From NCBI GenBank assembly GCA_015296075.1, contig DVDV01000099.1:26446-90445 (forward strand): a DNA stretch of 64,000 bases, given 5' to 3'. Positions 38,238 to 47,752 of the stretch are shown piece by piece. Both the position numbers and the translations under genes were made by a program. The notes under the pieces were generated by a model. That model saw only the letters and a list, made by a program, of their open reading frames with translations, had not been told where the DNA came from and ran no database searches. This stretch comes from Leptolyngbyaceae cyanobacterium M33_DOE_097 (GTDB lineage Bacteria; Cyanobacteriota; Cyanobacteriia; Leptolyngbyales; Leptolyngbyaceae). Numbering within the stretch: position 1 is the stretch's first letter; each line of letters opens with the position of its first letter.

Positions 38238-39275
38238 ATGGTTGCCGCCCAAGAAGTCACTTTGCCGCGCAATTGCACCTTTAGCCCAACCGATTGGCAA
38301 GCGCTTGCACCCTTCTGGTATCCGGTTGCGTTCTCTCATGAAATCACACTCGATAAGCCCTTTGGTACTCGCCTCCTGGATGAGCGGTTAGTGATTTATC
38401 GTGTTTCCGATGGTTCCATCATCGTTGCACGAGATTTGTGTCTGCACCGAGGCGCGCCGTTAAGCCTGGGTTGGATTGAGCGCGATCGCCTCGTTTGTCC
38501 TTATCACGGGGTGCAGTATGACTGTAATGCTCAGTGTGTCCATATTCCAGCACAACCTGAAGCGGCAATTCCCGGGCGGCTTAAGCTCAAGACCTATCCC
38601 GTCATGGAGCGCTATGGTTTAGTGTGGACTCGATTGATCGACAATGGCCCTGTCCCCTTTCCTGAGCTGAGCGAATGGGATGACCCCGATTACATTCAGG
38701 TGCTGCCTAATGCGGTTGAGTTAAATGCAGCAGCCGGTCGTCAGGTCGAAGGCTTTTTAGATGTCAGCCATTTTGCATTTATTCACGCGAAGTCTTTTGG
38801 CGAAGGCGATAACCCAATCGTGCCAGATTACGCCATTGAACAAACGCCGCATGGTTTTCGTGCCGACTATGTCAGTACGGTGAGCAACTACCCGCATGGT
38901 ATGAAGCATCTGGCTCCGCCTGACTTTTTGTGGCGTCGATTGTTTGAAGTGTGGCTACCGTTTACAGCAAAACTAACTGTTTTCTTTCCACATGGGAAGC
39001 TGCACGTTCTAAACGCCGCCTCCCCAGTCTCAGCCCGTAAGACCCGTGTGTTTGTGCCAATTTGCCGCAATTTTGATAAGGATGCACCTCTCCAAGACAC
39101 GCTGGACTTTAACCATCAAGTGTTTGATGAAGACAAGGCGATCGTGGAGGAGCAGTGGCCCGAAGATTTGCCGATCAATCTGGCCGATGAAGTGCATATC
39201 GCAGGTGATAAAAGTTCAATCACCTTCCGTAAACGTTTAGCAGCACTCGGTCTAGGACGTTCTTATACGACCTAA
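38238..39275 (+). CDS. Rieske [2Fe-2S] non-haem iron oxygenase (PaO/Tic55/LLS1-like)
   Basis: Rieske motif CLHRGAPLS...CPYHG. Downstream mononuclear-iron region DVSHFAFIHAKSFG. Confidence 0.85.
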   Translation: MVAAQEVTLPRNCTFSPTDWQALAPFWYPVAFSHEITLDKPFGTRLLDERLVIYRVSDGSIIVARDLCLHRGAPLSLGWIERDRLVCPYHGVQYDCNAQCVHIPAQPEAAIPGRLKLKTYPVMERYGLVWTRLIDNGPVPFPELSEWDDPDYIQVLPNAVELNAAAGRQVEGFLDVSHFAFIHAKSFGEGDNPIVPDYAIEQTPHGFRADYVSTVSNYPHGMKHLAPPDFLWRRLFEVWLPFTAKLTVFFPHGKLHVLNAASPVSARKTRVFVPICRNFDKDAPLQDTLDFNHQVFDEDKAIVEEQWPEDLPINLADEVHIAGDKSSITFRKRLAALGLGRSYTT

Positions 39276-39342
39276 AGCCACCCCACCAATTAAACAAACC
39301 CCCGGATTTTAGTCAAATCCGGGGGTTTAGCTACTCGTTTAA

Positions 39343-40518
39343 TTAATACTCTGGAACAGAGGGATCGACTTCGCGGCTCCAGGCGGTGATGCCGCCTTTC
39401 ACATTGATGCCTTCGATGCCTGCCCGTTCTTTGAGAATGCCAAGCGCTTTAGCCGATCGCCCACCCATCTTGCAGTGCGCCACCAGCTTATGCCCATTTA
39501 ACAACTCTTTGACTTGCTCAACCCCACGCCCGTTCTCAATATCGGGTAGCGGAATCAACACGGCACCGGGAATCTTTGCGATCTCGTATTCGTGGGGATT
39601 TCGCACATCGATCACAACGTATTCGCCGGAACCCTCATCGAGAATTTGCTTCAACTGTTGAACTGTAATTTCTTCCATACCTTGCTTTGCCTCCGCTTCG
39701 GCTGCTTTTGCTTGGGGGATACCACAGAACATTTCGTAGTCAATCAGCTGCTCAATCACAGGACGAACCGGATTGGGACGCAGCTTTAACTCGCGAAACT
39801 TCATATTGAGTGCATCAAACAGCAGGAGCCGACCGCTCAGTGTCGTGCCCTTGCCTAAAATAATTTTGACTGTTTCGGTCGCCTGAATTACACCAATAAT
39901 CCCTGGCAGGATACCGAGTACGCCACCCTCAGCACACGAGGGCACCATTCCTGGTGGTGGGGGTTCTGGGTAGAGGTCACGATAGTTGGGGCCACCCTCG
40001 TAGTTAAACACGGTCGCCTGACCCTCAAACCGAAAGATAGAACCGTAAACATTGGGTTTGTTGAGCAACACGCAGGCGTCGTTTACCAGGTAGCGGGTAG
40101 GGAAGTTGTCGGTGCCATCTACAACAATGTCGTAAGGCTCTACGATCTGTAGTGCATTTTCAGCACTCAGGCGGGTTTCATACAAATCAACCTGGCAGTA
40201 GGGGTTGATTTCGAGAATGCGAGCCTTGGCTGACTCAATCTTGGGCTTGCCGACCCACGAAGTACCGTGAATCACCTGGCGCTGGAGGTTTGAGCGATCG
40301 ACCACATCAAAATCAACGATCCCGATGCGACCAATGCCTGCAGCCGCTAAATAAAGCAGCAAGGGCGAACCCAAACCACCGGTGCCGATACACAGCACAC
40401 TGGCCGCTTTAAGGCGTTTTTGCCCTTCTAAGCCCACTTCCGGCAAAATTAAATGTCGGGAGTAGCGTTCATAATCGTCTTTTGTCAGTTGGATATCATC
40501 CAAATTTGGATTCAGCAT
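39343..40518 (-). CDS. moeB: MoeB/ThiF-type adenylyltransferase fused to a rhodanese domain (MoeZ-like)
   Basis: YSRHLILPEVGLEGQKRL, CIGTGGLGSP, SCAEGGVLG. C-terminal rhodanese with active-site loop HCKMGGRS. Confidence 0.9.
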   Translation of the reverse strand: MLNPNLDDIQLTKDDYERYSRHLILPEVGLEGQKRLKAASVLCIGTGGLGSPLLLYLAAAGIGRIGIVDFDVVDRSNLQRQVIHGTSWVGKPKIESAKARILEINPYCQVDLYETRLSAENALQIVEPYDIVVDGTDNFPTRYLVNDACVLLNKPNVYGSIFRFEGQATVFNYEGGPNYRDLYPEPPPPGMVPSCAEGGVLGILPGIIGVIQATETVKIILGKGTTLSGRLLLFDALNMKFRELKLRPNPVRPVIEQLIDYEMFCGIPQAKAAEAEAKQGMEEITVQQLKQILDEGSGEYVVIDVRNPHEYEIAKIPGAVLIPLPDIENGRGVEQVKELLNGHKLVAHCKMGGRSAKALGILKERAGIEGINVKGGITAWSREVDPSVPEY

Positions 40519-40596
40519 GATGAAGTAAATAAGGGAAAAGTCAGAAGTAAACGAACGGTGAAGGTTTAGAAAACTCTGTGCTGAGACGCGACAGAC

Positions 40597-41073
40597 TTAA
40601 ATGAGAATTGCCTCTGACTGAAAGCGATGGTTGTCATCCAGTACCCAGCTTTGGTGGTCAACGACCTTACCTTGCCCCACAGCCAGAATCAGGTAAGAGT
40701 AGTTTTGCCAAGCGAGCTGCCGATCGCACTCAGAGGGAGTTGCCACATGGTCAGGGTGAGAATGGTAAACGCCCACAATCTCTTGGCTTTGACTGCGGGC
40801 TTCGCGCATGACTTCTAACATTTGGGCTGGATCCAGCCAATAGCGATCGCGGGTGCCCTGAGAATAGTTGATTTGCATTTCTGCTGCGACCTCGGCACTC
40901 CAAGCGTTTTGCATCGGCTTAACCGCCATGACCTGCCGTTGATCAGACTGGCAAACGCCTACCAGCAACCCACAGCACTCATTGGGGTAGGTGCAGGTCG
41001 CATGGTTATAAATGGCATCTAGCAGGTCAGGAGTGAGTTCAAGCACCACGAGCGATCGCCCAACATGATTCAA
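40597..41073 (-). CDS. JAB/MPN (Mov34) metalloprotease-family protein
   Basis: ECCGLL and the JAMM motif HSHPDHVATPSECD. Start uncertain (TTG 41073 or GTG 41049/41046). Confidence 0.85.
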   Translation of the reverse strand: MNHVGRSLVVLELTPDLLDAIYNHATCTYPNECCGLLVGVCQSDQRQVMAVKPMQNAWSAEVAAEMQINYSQGTRDRYWLDPAQMLEVMREARSQSQEIVGVYHSHPDHVATPSECDRQLAWQNYSYLILAVGQGKVVDHQSWVLDDNHRFQSEAILI

Positions 41074-41362
41074 GACTTTTCATTTTAAAGCAGGATTGAG
41101 AGGGATCAAACTTGCTTCATGACATTTGCAGGTTTTATAAAAATGCTTAGCAGAGAAAAAGGGATGAGGTCTTAACTCTAGTGGTCTGCCAAGCCAACTT
41201 CGCCAGGTAGAAAAAACAAATGACGAATGACGAATGACTCAGTCATGATTGACCCTGCAAAGCTCTTCTGGTGTACTAGCCAAATTAGGTTGAAGAAAGC
41301 GCTTCAGTTACTCTAAACGGCGCAAAAGAATCTGGGTTTGCTAGAACAGAGACAGGCGTTGA

Positions 41363-41962
41363 GTGCAAATTATGAGTCCGCACCGAACAGATCCGCAACT
41401 TCTTTGGCGATCGCCCTTAGCCGCTCTGACCACTTTGGCAATGCTAGCTAGCAGTTTCGTTTCGCCTGCCACCGCCGTAAAGCTATCAGATGGCAGGACG
41501 TATTTTGAAAACCCACCCCGCTTAGAGAAAGCGTCGGTCAGCCAAAACGCGGCCTATGCGAGTTCAATCTATTCCTTTATCTTGACCATCCCCGAAAAAG
41601 CCGGGGAGCCGCTCGGCAGCGTTTTGATTAAGCCTGAACCCAGCCCCGACTACCCCCGCTTTGACCTCTCCGATATCTCAGTCTTCGAAGGCACCTCACG
41701 GCGACGACGGCCTAACCAGTTTGCTTTTCAGGTCACAGAGTCTGAAAAAGAGCCGCGCACGATTACCCTGCAATTTGATCCGCCCATTCCACCAGGGCGC
41801 ACGATCACCATTGATATTCGCGCCTTTTACAATCCGGGTGCCAGCGGTGTTTATCTCTATGGGGTGACGGCTTTTCCACCTGGTGAAAAGCCCTACGGTC
41901 AGTTCTTAGGGTTTGGTCGGATCCACATTTACAGCGTGTTTGACGGGTCATTCTTTCCCTAA
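41363..41962 (+). CDS. DUF2808-family secreted protein
   Basis: Signal-peptide-like N-terminus. TYFENPPRL...YSFILTIPEKAGEPLGSVLIKP...ISVFEG pattern as I recall for cyanobacterial DUF2808. Confidence 0.65.
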   Translation: MQIMSPHRTDPQLLWRSPLAALTTLAMLASSFVSPATAVKLSDGRTYFENPPRLEKASVSQNAAYASSIYSFILTIPEKAGEPLGSVLIKPEPSPDYPRFDLSDISVFEGTSRRRRPNQFAFQVTESEKEPRTITLQFDPPIPPGRTITIDIRAFYNPGASGVYLYGVTAFPPGEKPYGQFLGFGRIHIYSVFDGSFFP

Positions 41963-41976
41963 CACAAAGACTAAGC

Positions 41977-42549
41977 CTATTCCCTGGTCGGTTTGAGATA
42001 ACCGTTGGCAACACACTCATCCAACAAGTGCTGCACAAACTGCCATAGGTCGGGGGCGCTGCCTTGCATGGGGGCAACGCGTTGCATCACGCGATCGCGC
42101 GAAATGTCGTGCAGTTGCCAGGTATGCCCTTGCGTTTGGTGGTTGTTGAGCAGCGGTTGCAATCGATCAAGGGTTGCCGCAAACTGAGCATCGGCTGTTG
42201 TTTGGGCTTCAAACTCATCCCAAAGGGCGCGAAACTCGCTGGCCTGGTCAGGTGGCAGCAAGTTGAACAGGCGCTCGGCGGCCTGCATTTCGCGCTCAGC
42301 TTTGGATTCATGCCCGCGATCGTCGTAGCAAAACGTGTCGCCTGCATCGATCTCAACCAGGTCATGCAGCAGCAGCATTTTGACAACGCGCAAAACGTCG
42401 ATCGGTTCAGTGGCGTACTCTGACAGCAGAATCGCCATCAGCGCGATGTGCCAGGAATGTTCGGCACTGTTTTCGCGGCGAGAACCATCTGTTAATAAGG
42501 TCTGGCGCAAAACGCGTTTGAGCTTGTCGATCTCAACCACGAATTGCAT
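41977..42549 (-). CDS. HD-domain phosphohydrolase (YfbR-like 5'-deoxynucleotidase family)
   Basis: ENSAEHSWH...LLHDLVEIDAGD metal-binding pattern. ATG 42549 (MQFVVEIDKLK) avoids the overlap with map that the 42600 start creates. Confidence 0.8.
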   Translation of the reverse strand: MQFVVEIDKLKRVLRQTLLTDGSRRENSAEHSWHIALMAILLSEYATEPIDVLRVVKMLLLHDLVEIDAGDTFCYDDRGHESKAEREMQAAERLFNLLPPDQASEFRALWDEFEAQTTADAQFAATLDRLQPLLNNHQTQGHTWQLHDISRDRVMQRVAPMQGSAPDLWQFVQHLLDECVANGYLKPTRE

Positions 42550-42562
42550 TTGTTGAAGGAGT

Positions 42563-43363
42563 CTAGGCGGCATCAGGGCTAAGGGCGACCTCATCTTCAC
42601 CGGGATACGGAGTCAAAATTTCGACGCCATTATCTGTAACGGCGATCGTATGCTCGCACTGGGCAGATAGCTTGCGGTCTTTGGTCACCGCTGTCCAACC
42701 ATCGGCCAAGACTTCGACCTCATAGGTGCCCTCGTTAATCATCGGCTCAATAGTGAAGACCATCCCAGGTCGCAGCTTACGACCTCTGCCACGCTCACCA
42801 TAGTGAGGAATCTGCGGTGCTGTGTGAAACACATTGCTAATGCCATGCCCGACAAAATCGCGTACCACTGAAAAGCCCTGCGCCTCAGCATATTCTTGAA
42901 TCGCAGCGCCGATGTCACCGACCCGCGCACCGGGTTTTACAGCCGCAATCCCTCGGCGACGGCATTCATCCGTGACTTCGACGAGGCGGCGGGCAAGGGG
43001 TGAGGGTTCTCCCACAAAAAACATGCGCGAGGTGTCACCATGGTATCCATCCACAATTAGCGTCACATCAATATTAATAATGTCGCCTTCCTTTAAAACC
43101 TGTTTGGCGCTGGGAATGCCATGACAAATGACTTCGTTGATGCTGGTGCAAATCGACTTGGGATAGCCCTTGTAACCTAAAGGTGCGCTCTTCGCTCCAT
43201 GCGCTTGCGTCCAACGTTCGGCTTCGGTGTCTAGCTCAAGCGTGCTGACCCCAGGCCGAATCAAGGTGCCCAGATGATGCAATAGCTTGGCGGCTAAATG
43301 CCCAGCCGTACGCATTTTGTCGATTTCTCGTTGAGACAGTAGGGTGATGATTTCTTTTTCCAT
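42563..43363 (-). CDS. map: Type I methionine aminopeptidase
   Basis: VICHGIP, INIDVT...DGYHGD, GHGI, FTIEPM and EHTIAVT metal-ligand motifs. Confidence 0.95.
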   Translation of the reverse strand: MEKEIITLLSQREIDKMRTAGHLAAKLLHHLGTLIRPGVSTLELDTEAERWTQAHGAKSAPLGYKGYPKSICTSINEVICHGIPSAKQVLKEGDIINIDVTLIVDGYHGDTSRMFFVGEPSPLARRLVEVTDECRRRGIAAVKPGARVGDIGAAIQEYAEAQGFSVVRDFVGHGISNVFHTAPQIPHYGERGRGRKLRPGMVFTIEPMINEGTYEVEVLADGWTAVTKDRKLSAQCEHTIAVTDNGVEILTPYPGEDEVALSPDAA

Positions 43364-43713
43364 AGCTCTATCCGTGTTAGCGGCTGATCGTTGGGTAAAT
43401 GAGGTTAGTTAGTTGGGGCTAGGCAACTGTGGGCACGTTGCGAAAAACTTTGCGAATCGCTGCTAACGCTTTACTGATGGCGATCGAGACGGTCTTTAGC
43501 CCAACCATTTTGCAGGTCAGGTTGGACTGAATAAAAAGTGCCCTTTCAAATTGTGGCGTATTCTTGCAATGTAAACCAAGATTTTCACAAGCGATGTGAT
43601 CGGGTTAGTTAAGCTAGAATGATCAAAAGGTAAGTACCACTAGTATTTGAGAGTTCACGAGAGGATATGAAGCAGTTTATTTTGTGGGTTGATCGCCGGA
43701 GGGTTGGGTTTTG

Positions 43714-44442
43714 ATGCGTCAGGCGCACTCAGCACATGAGCCTCACATTTCTAGAAATGTTGTGTCTCTGCCAAACGCACAGCCCACTGATCTGACTGCC
43801 TGCTCTAAACTGCAATCCACCAGCTTTGACCCCATTGACCGCGATGCGGTGCTGCATTGGCTTTCAGAGAATGTACCGGAGTCTCGTTTAGAGCATATTC
43901 TACGGGTTGAAGCGATGGCGATCGACCTGGCAGAGCAGCATCAGTTGGATGTGGTGAAAGCAGCCCAGGCCGGCTTGATGCACGATTTGGCAAAGTACTT
44001 TAAACCCGCTCGGTTGATCGACATGGCCCAGGCTGAAGGTCTAGCCCTTGATCCGGTCGATGAGATGAATCCTCACCTGTTACATGCTGATATCGGTGCA
44101 ATTGTGGCTCGCGATCAGTTTGGGGTGAGCGATGAGCAAGTGTTGAATGCGATTCGCAACCATACCCTCGGCCAACCAGGGATGGATGACTTGAGTTGTG
44201 TTGTTTTCTTAGCTGACGGCTTAGAGCCTGGGCGTGGCAACACGCCTGAGTTAGAGCAACTGCGTCAGCATAGCTTTGAAAATTTATCCGAAGCCGTTTG
44301 GAAGACGTGTGATTACACGCTTCACTACTTACTCGAACACCATCAACTGGTTCACCCACGGGCGATCGCCACCCGTAACTGGTTTCTTCAGACAACACGG
44401 CGAAGGCATGCGGCGGGTTCAGTGCGACCCACAAGTGCCTAA
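43714..44442 (+). CDS. yqeK: HD-domain protein, YqeK-like bis(5'-nucleosyl)-tetraphosphatase
   Basis: [16 protein letters not shown]...GLMHDLAKY...HADIGA pattern. Located upstream of rsfS, as is common. Confidence 0.8.
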   Translation: MRQAHSAHEPHISRNVVSLPNAQPTDLTACSKLQSTSFDPIDRDAVLHWLSENVPESRLEHILRVEAMAIDLAEQHQLDVVKAAQAGLMHDLAKYFKPARLIDMAQAEGLALDPVDEMNPHLLHADIGAIVARDQFGVSDEQVLNAIRNHTLGQPGMDDLSCVVFLADGLEPGRGNTPELEQLRQHSFENLSEAVWKTCDYTLHYLLEHHQLVHPRAIATRNWFLQTTRRRHAAGSVRPTSA

Positions 44443-44474
44443 CATTTACCCACTTCGTAAGGAAAATCTACTGC

Positions 44475-44912
44475 ATGACCTATTCATCCAACCTTGCATC
44501 CCGTGCAACCACAAGTCAATCGGTCGAAGCGGACTCACTCAACCTCGAAGATCCGACGCTTCAACTGGTTCAGCAAATTGTGATTGCGGCAGATGAGCGA
44601 AAGGGTGGAGATATTGCCATTTTAGAAGTGACAGAAGTTTCGACCCTGGCCGACTACTTTGTTTTGGTGACTGGCTTTTCGCGGGTACAGGTACGGGCGA
44701 TCGCCCGCGCGATTGAGGATCAAGTCAAAGAAACCTTGCAATGCCAGCCTCGCCGTTTAGAAGGTTTGCAAGAAAGCACCTGGATTTTGATGGATTTTGG
44801 AGATGTCGTCGTTCACATCCAGATGCCACAAGAACGCGAATTCTATAACTTAGAAGCCTTTTGGGGGCACGCCAAACGCTTCCCCCCAGAGGTGTTTGTA
44901 TCAGCCGCTTAG
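44475..44912 (+). CDS. rsfS: Ribosome silencing factor
   Basis: [35 protein letters not shown] and [13 protein letters not shown] motifs. Confidence 0.9.
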   Translation: MTYSSNLASRATTSQSVEADSLNLEDPTLQLVQQIVIAADERKGGDIAILEVTEVSTLADYFVLVTGFSRVQVRAIARAIEDQVKETLQCQPRRLEGLQESTWILMDFGDVVVHIQMPQEREFYNLEAFWGHAKRFPPEVFVSAA

Positions 44913-44944
44913 TTACTACTGATCAACAACGAATCTACGTTAGA

Positions 44945-44974
44945 GGGTAAGGGATTTTTTCTTTTACCCTTTTT
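44945..44974 (+). terminator. Putative intrinsic terminator after rsfS
   Basis: Stem gggtaa/ttaccc (44945-44950 / 44964-44969) followed by ttttt. Confidence 0.55.
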
Positions 44975-45379
44975 ACGTTGCCCTCATTTTTAGGGATGCT
45001 GAAGCCGCTACAAATCCTAAAACACTGCGGTTACCTGTTCCCCCGACTCCTCTATTTTGAGCAAGTCAATGAGCGCCGATTAGAGAGAAGCAAGTCTTCT
45101 GTTGCTTGACTCTTTGTTTTACTCCTTCTAATCCCGCCAATCTGTCACAATAAGGGGAGTTACCCTGTCATCCCCTCACCCCTCACTGGCTGACCTGAGA
45201 TATGTATTCTTAAACCTTGCGGATTTGGGTGTCTCTCATGGGAAGCAGTCGTGTGAAAGCAACCCAACAAGCAAATAAGGATGGGCAGAGTAAGTCAGTT
45301 AAAGAAAAGTATTGCTGATGTGATGAGCTTCCCTGCTTTTTGGGTTATCTACCACTAGTGCTATGAGTCAAACAGAGAA

Positions 45380-47144
45380 ATGGATCCTGTGTCTAATGAA
45401 CGTTTTACTCTGTCGCTTTCTGCCAATGAAATCGAGGCTCTCAGGCAAGAAGTAATTGAACTCAGACAAAAAAATGCCGATTTAGAAACCCAATTGGCAG
45501 CACTGCGACCCGAAATCCGGCAACCCACTGCGACACCACCACTACCCGATAGCGCGGCTACACTCAATTCAACGGTACAAGTACCGTCTGATTTTTTACA
45601 ACAAATTACGGATAACATTCCCCTGGCCATTTTTTGGCAAGACTGTCAGGGTGTATATTTGGGCTGCAATCAACTAGGAGCCGCGATCGCCGGGTGTCAA
45701 TCAGCCGCTGAGATTGTAGGTAAAACCGACGCAGACTTAGCGTTTTCGCGCAAGCAGATTGAGCTGTTTAATGACTTAAATCGACAGGTGTTAATCACCG
45801 GGGTGCCGCTCCATCATGCGGTGCATACCCTCGTACAACCTGACGGGCAGCAGATCTGGCTGGATGTGACAAAAGCGCCGTTGCAAAATTCAGACGGGCA
45901 AATCATTAGCATCCTAACCGCTTATGAGGAAGTGACCGAGCGTTTGATGTCACAGGTTGCGTTGCAAGACCAGTGGCAATTTTTACACCAATTGATCGAC
46001 AGTTCCCCCGACCTGATCATGGTGCAAGACTGGAGCGGACAAGTCACGCTGGCAAACCGTTCACTTGCCAGGTTTTTGGGAGCCGAGATGAAAGACCTGT
46101 TGGGGTATGGCGCTAAAAGCTTTTTTCCTGCTGGAGCATGGGAACGATTTACTGACGAAAACCAGGAAGTTATTATCTCTGGCGAAGATTTGCAGTCGCC
46201 TGAAGAAATTTGGGCGAATGCGCAGGGTAAAAGTCGCTGGCTTTGCTGGACGAAACGCGTCTTACCCCTGCCGGGTAGCGAAGAGTTGGGTGTACTCGCG
46301 ATCGCGGTTGACGTGACCAACCAGATCCAAGCAAATGCAGCCATTCGTGAGTTGAACGAGCGACTCAAAGCCGAGAATCTGCGCATGGGGGCCGAGTTAG
46401 AAGTGACGCGTCGCCTGCAACAAATGATCTTGCCCCGCGAAGAAGAGTTGGCGCAGATCACCGAGTTGGACATCGCAGGGTTTATGGAGCCTGCCACCGA
46501 GGTGGGAGGTGATTACTACGATGTGGTCTTACAGCCCAATGGCAAGGTGAGCATTGGTATTGGAGATGTGACAGGGCATGGTTTAGAAAGTGGCATGGTG
46601 ATGCTGATGGCTCAAACGGCTCTACGCACGTTACTCGCTACGAATGAAGCCGACCCGGTGAAGCGGTTAGATGTACTCAACCAAATTCTGTATACGAATT
46701 CGCGCCGCATGCAGTCAGGCAAAAGTATGACGCTGACCTTATTAGAGTACGAGGCTGGCAAGATTCGTCTGAGCGGTCAACACGAAGAGTTGATCCTGCT
46801 GCGGTTAGATGGGCAGATTGAGGTGATTGACACCTTTGACCTCGGTTTTCCCTTGGGGATTGAGTCAACGATCGCCCCCTACGTTCAGCAAATCGAAACG
46901 CCGCTTTTACCAGGTGAAGTGGCAGTGCTTTATACCGATGGGGTGACTGAAGCGATGAACGTAAACAATGAAATCTACGGAGTGACTCGGCTCCACAATG
47001 TGTTGAGGGCAAATCGGCATCGTTCTGCGCTAGAGATCCCGTCAAGCGGTTGTGACAGACATTCGCACCTACATCGCTGATCAAGAAATATTTGACGACA
47101 TTACGTTGGTTGTTATTAAACAAAAAAATAAAAATGCCTCGTAA
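45380..47144 (+). CDS. Coiled-coil/PAS/PAS-PP2C (SpoIIE/RsbU-type) Ser/Thr phosphatase. Reading frame broken by a 1-nt frameshift at about 47038-47040
   Basis: GGDYYDV, IGDVTGHG and LYTDGVTEA PP2C motifs. The track ORF stops at 47080. The +1 frame from 47037 encodes SRQAVVTDIRTYIADQEIFDDITLVVIKQKNKNAS and stops at 47142-47144, which is the expected PP2C C-terminus. Confidence 0.85.
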
Positions 47145-47752
47145 AGGATGAATGTTTCAAGAACCTTTCCGGGTTTAGATTTTCACCAAAGGTAAAGTAT
47201 TACGTGTTTACCGATACGTGTATAACGACAGTCAGGTGTCTTAAGTCATTGGGGATAGCGAGGATGTGACACTGCTCTCCTAGCCAGGGTTTCACTCCTG
47301 CACCTTGACTTAACCAGGATGACTTGGCTATGTCCAGCAGTTATGTGGATGGCAAAAAATGTGGATTGAAACAACCTAAAACGAGTTCAACACGATACTG
47401 AATTGATGAGATACAAACAGTTCGATAATTTTTAAACTGTTAAAAAACGGATGAGATCATGGCTATGAAGGGTTACTGACCCAGTACTCCTAGAGACATC
47501 AGTGGTGGCTTGGCTCGCATTGCATTTTTTCTACATAGAGTTCATCACCTTCATGAACCTCAATGTGAGTCAAAAATATTGTTCAATCAACCTATCGTGA
47601 CAGCATAGCCTGGGGCGCAATTCGCAACCTGATGGTGCGATGGCTGCTTTTCTGCTGACTATCCGCAATTCTCTTATTTCATAATCTCGTTCGACTGTTT
47701 ACTATAGATTGATTATTCCCTGTATAAGAGCAATAAGGCGTGCTCACAAACT

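Noticed and set aside
39343-41073. Interpretation of the JAB plus E1-like pair as an anti-phage ubiquitin-like conjugation (Bil/CBASS-associated) system.
   Set aside because: There is no E2 or Ubl gene, the rhodanese fusion is typical of MoeZ sulfur transfer, and the flanking genes are housekeeping.
43430-43518. 29-aa minus-strand ORF (MVGLKTVSIAISKALAAIRKVFRNVPTVA) upstream of map.
   Set aside because: It is very short, has no recognisable family and no clear RBS. It cannot be supported from sequence alone.
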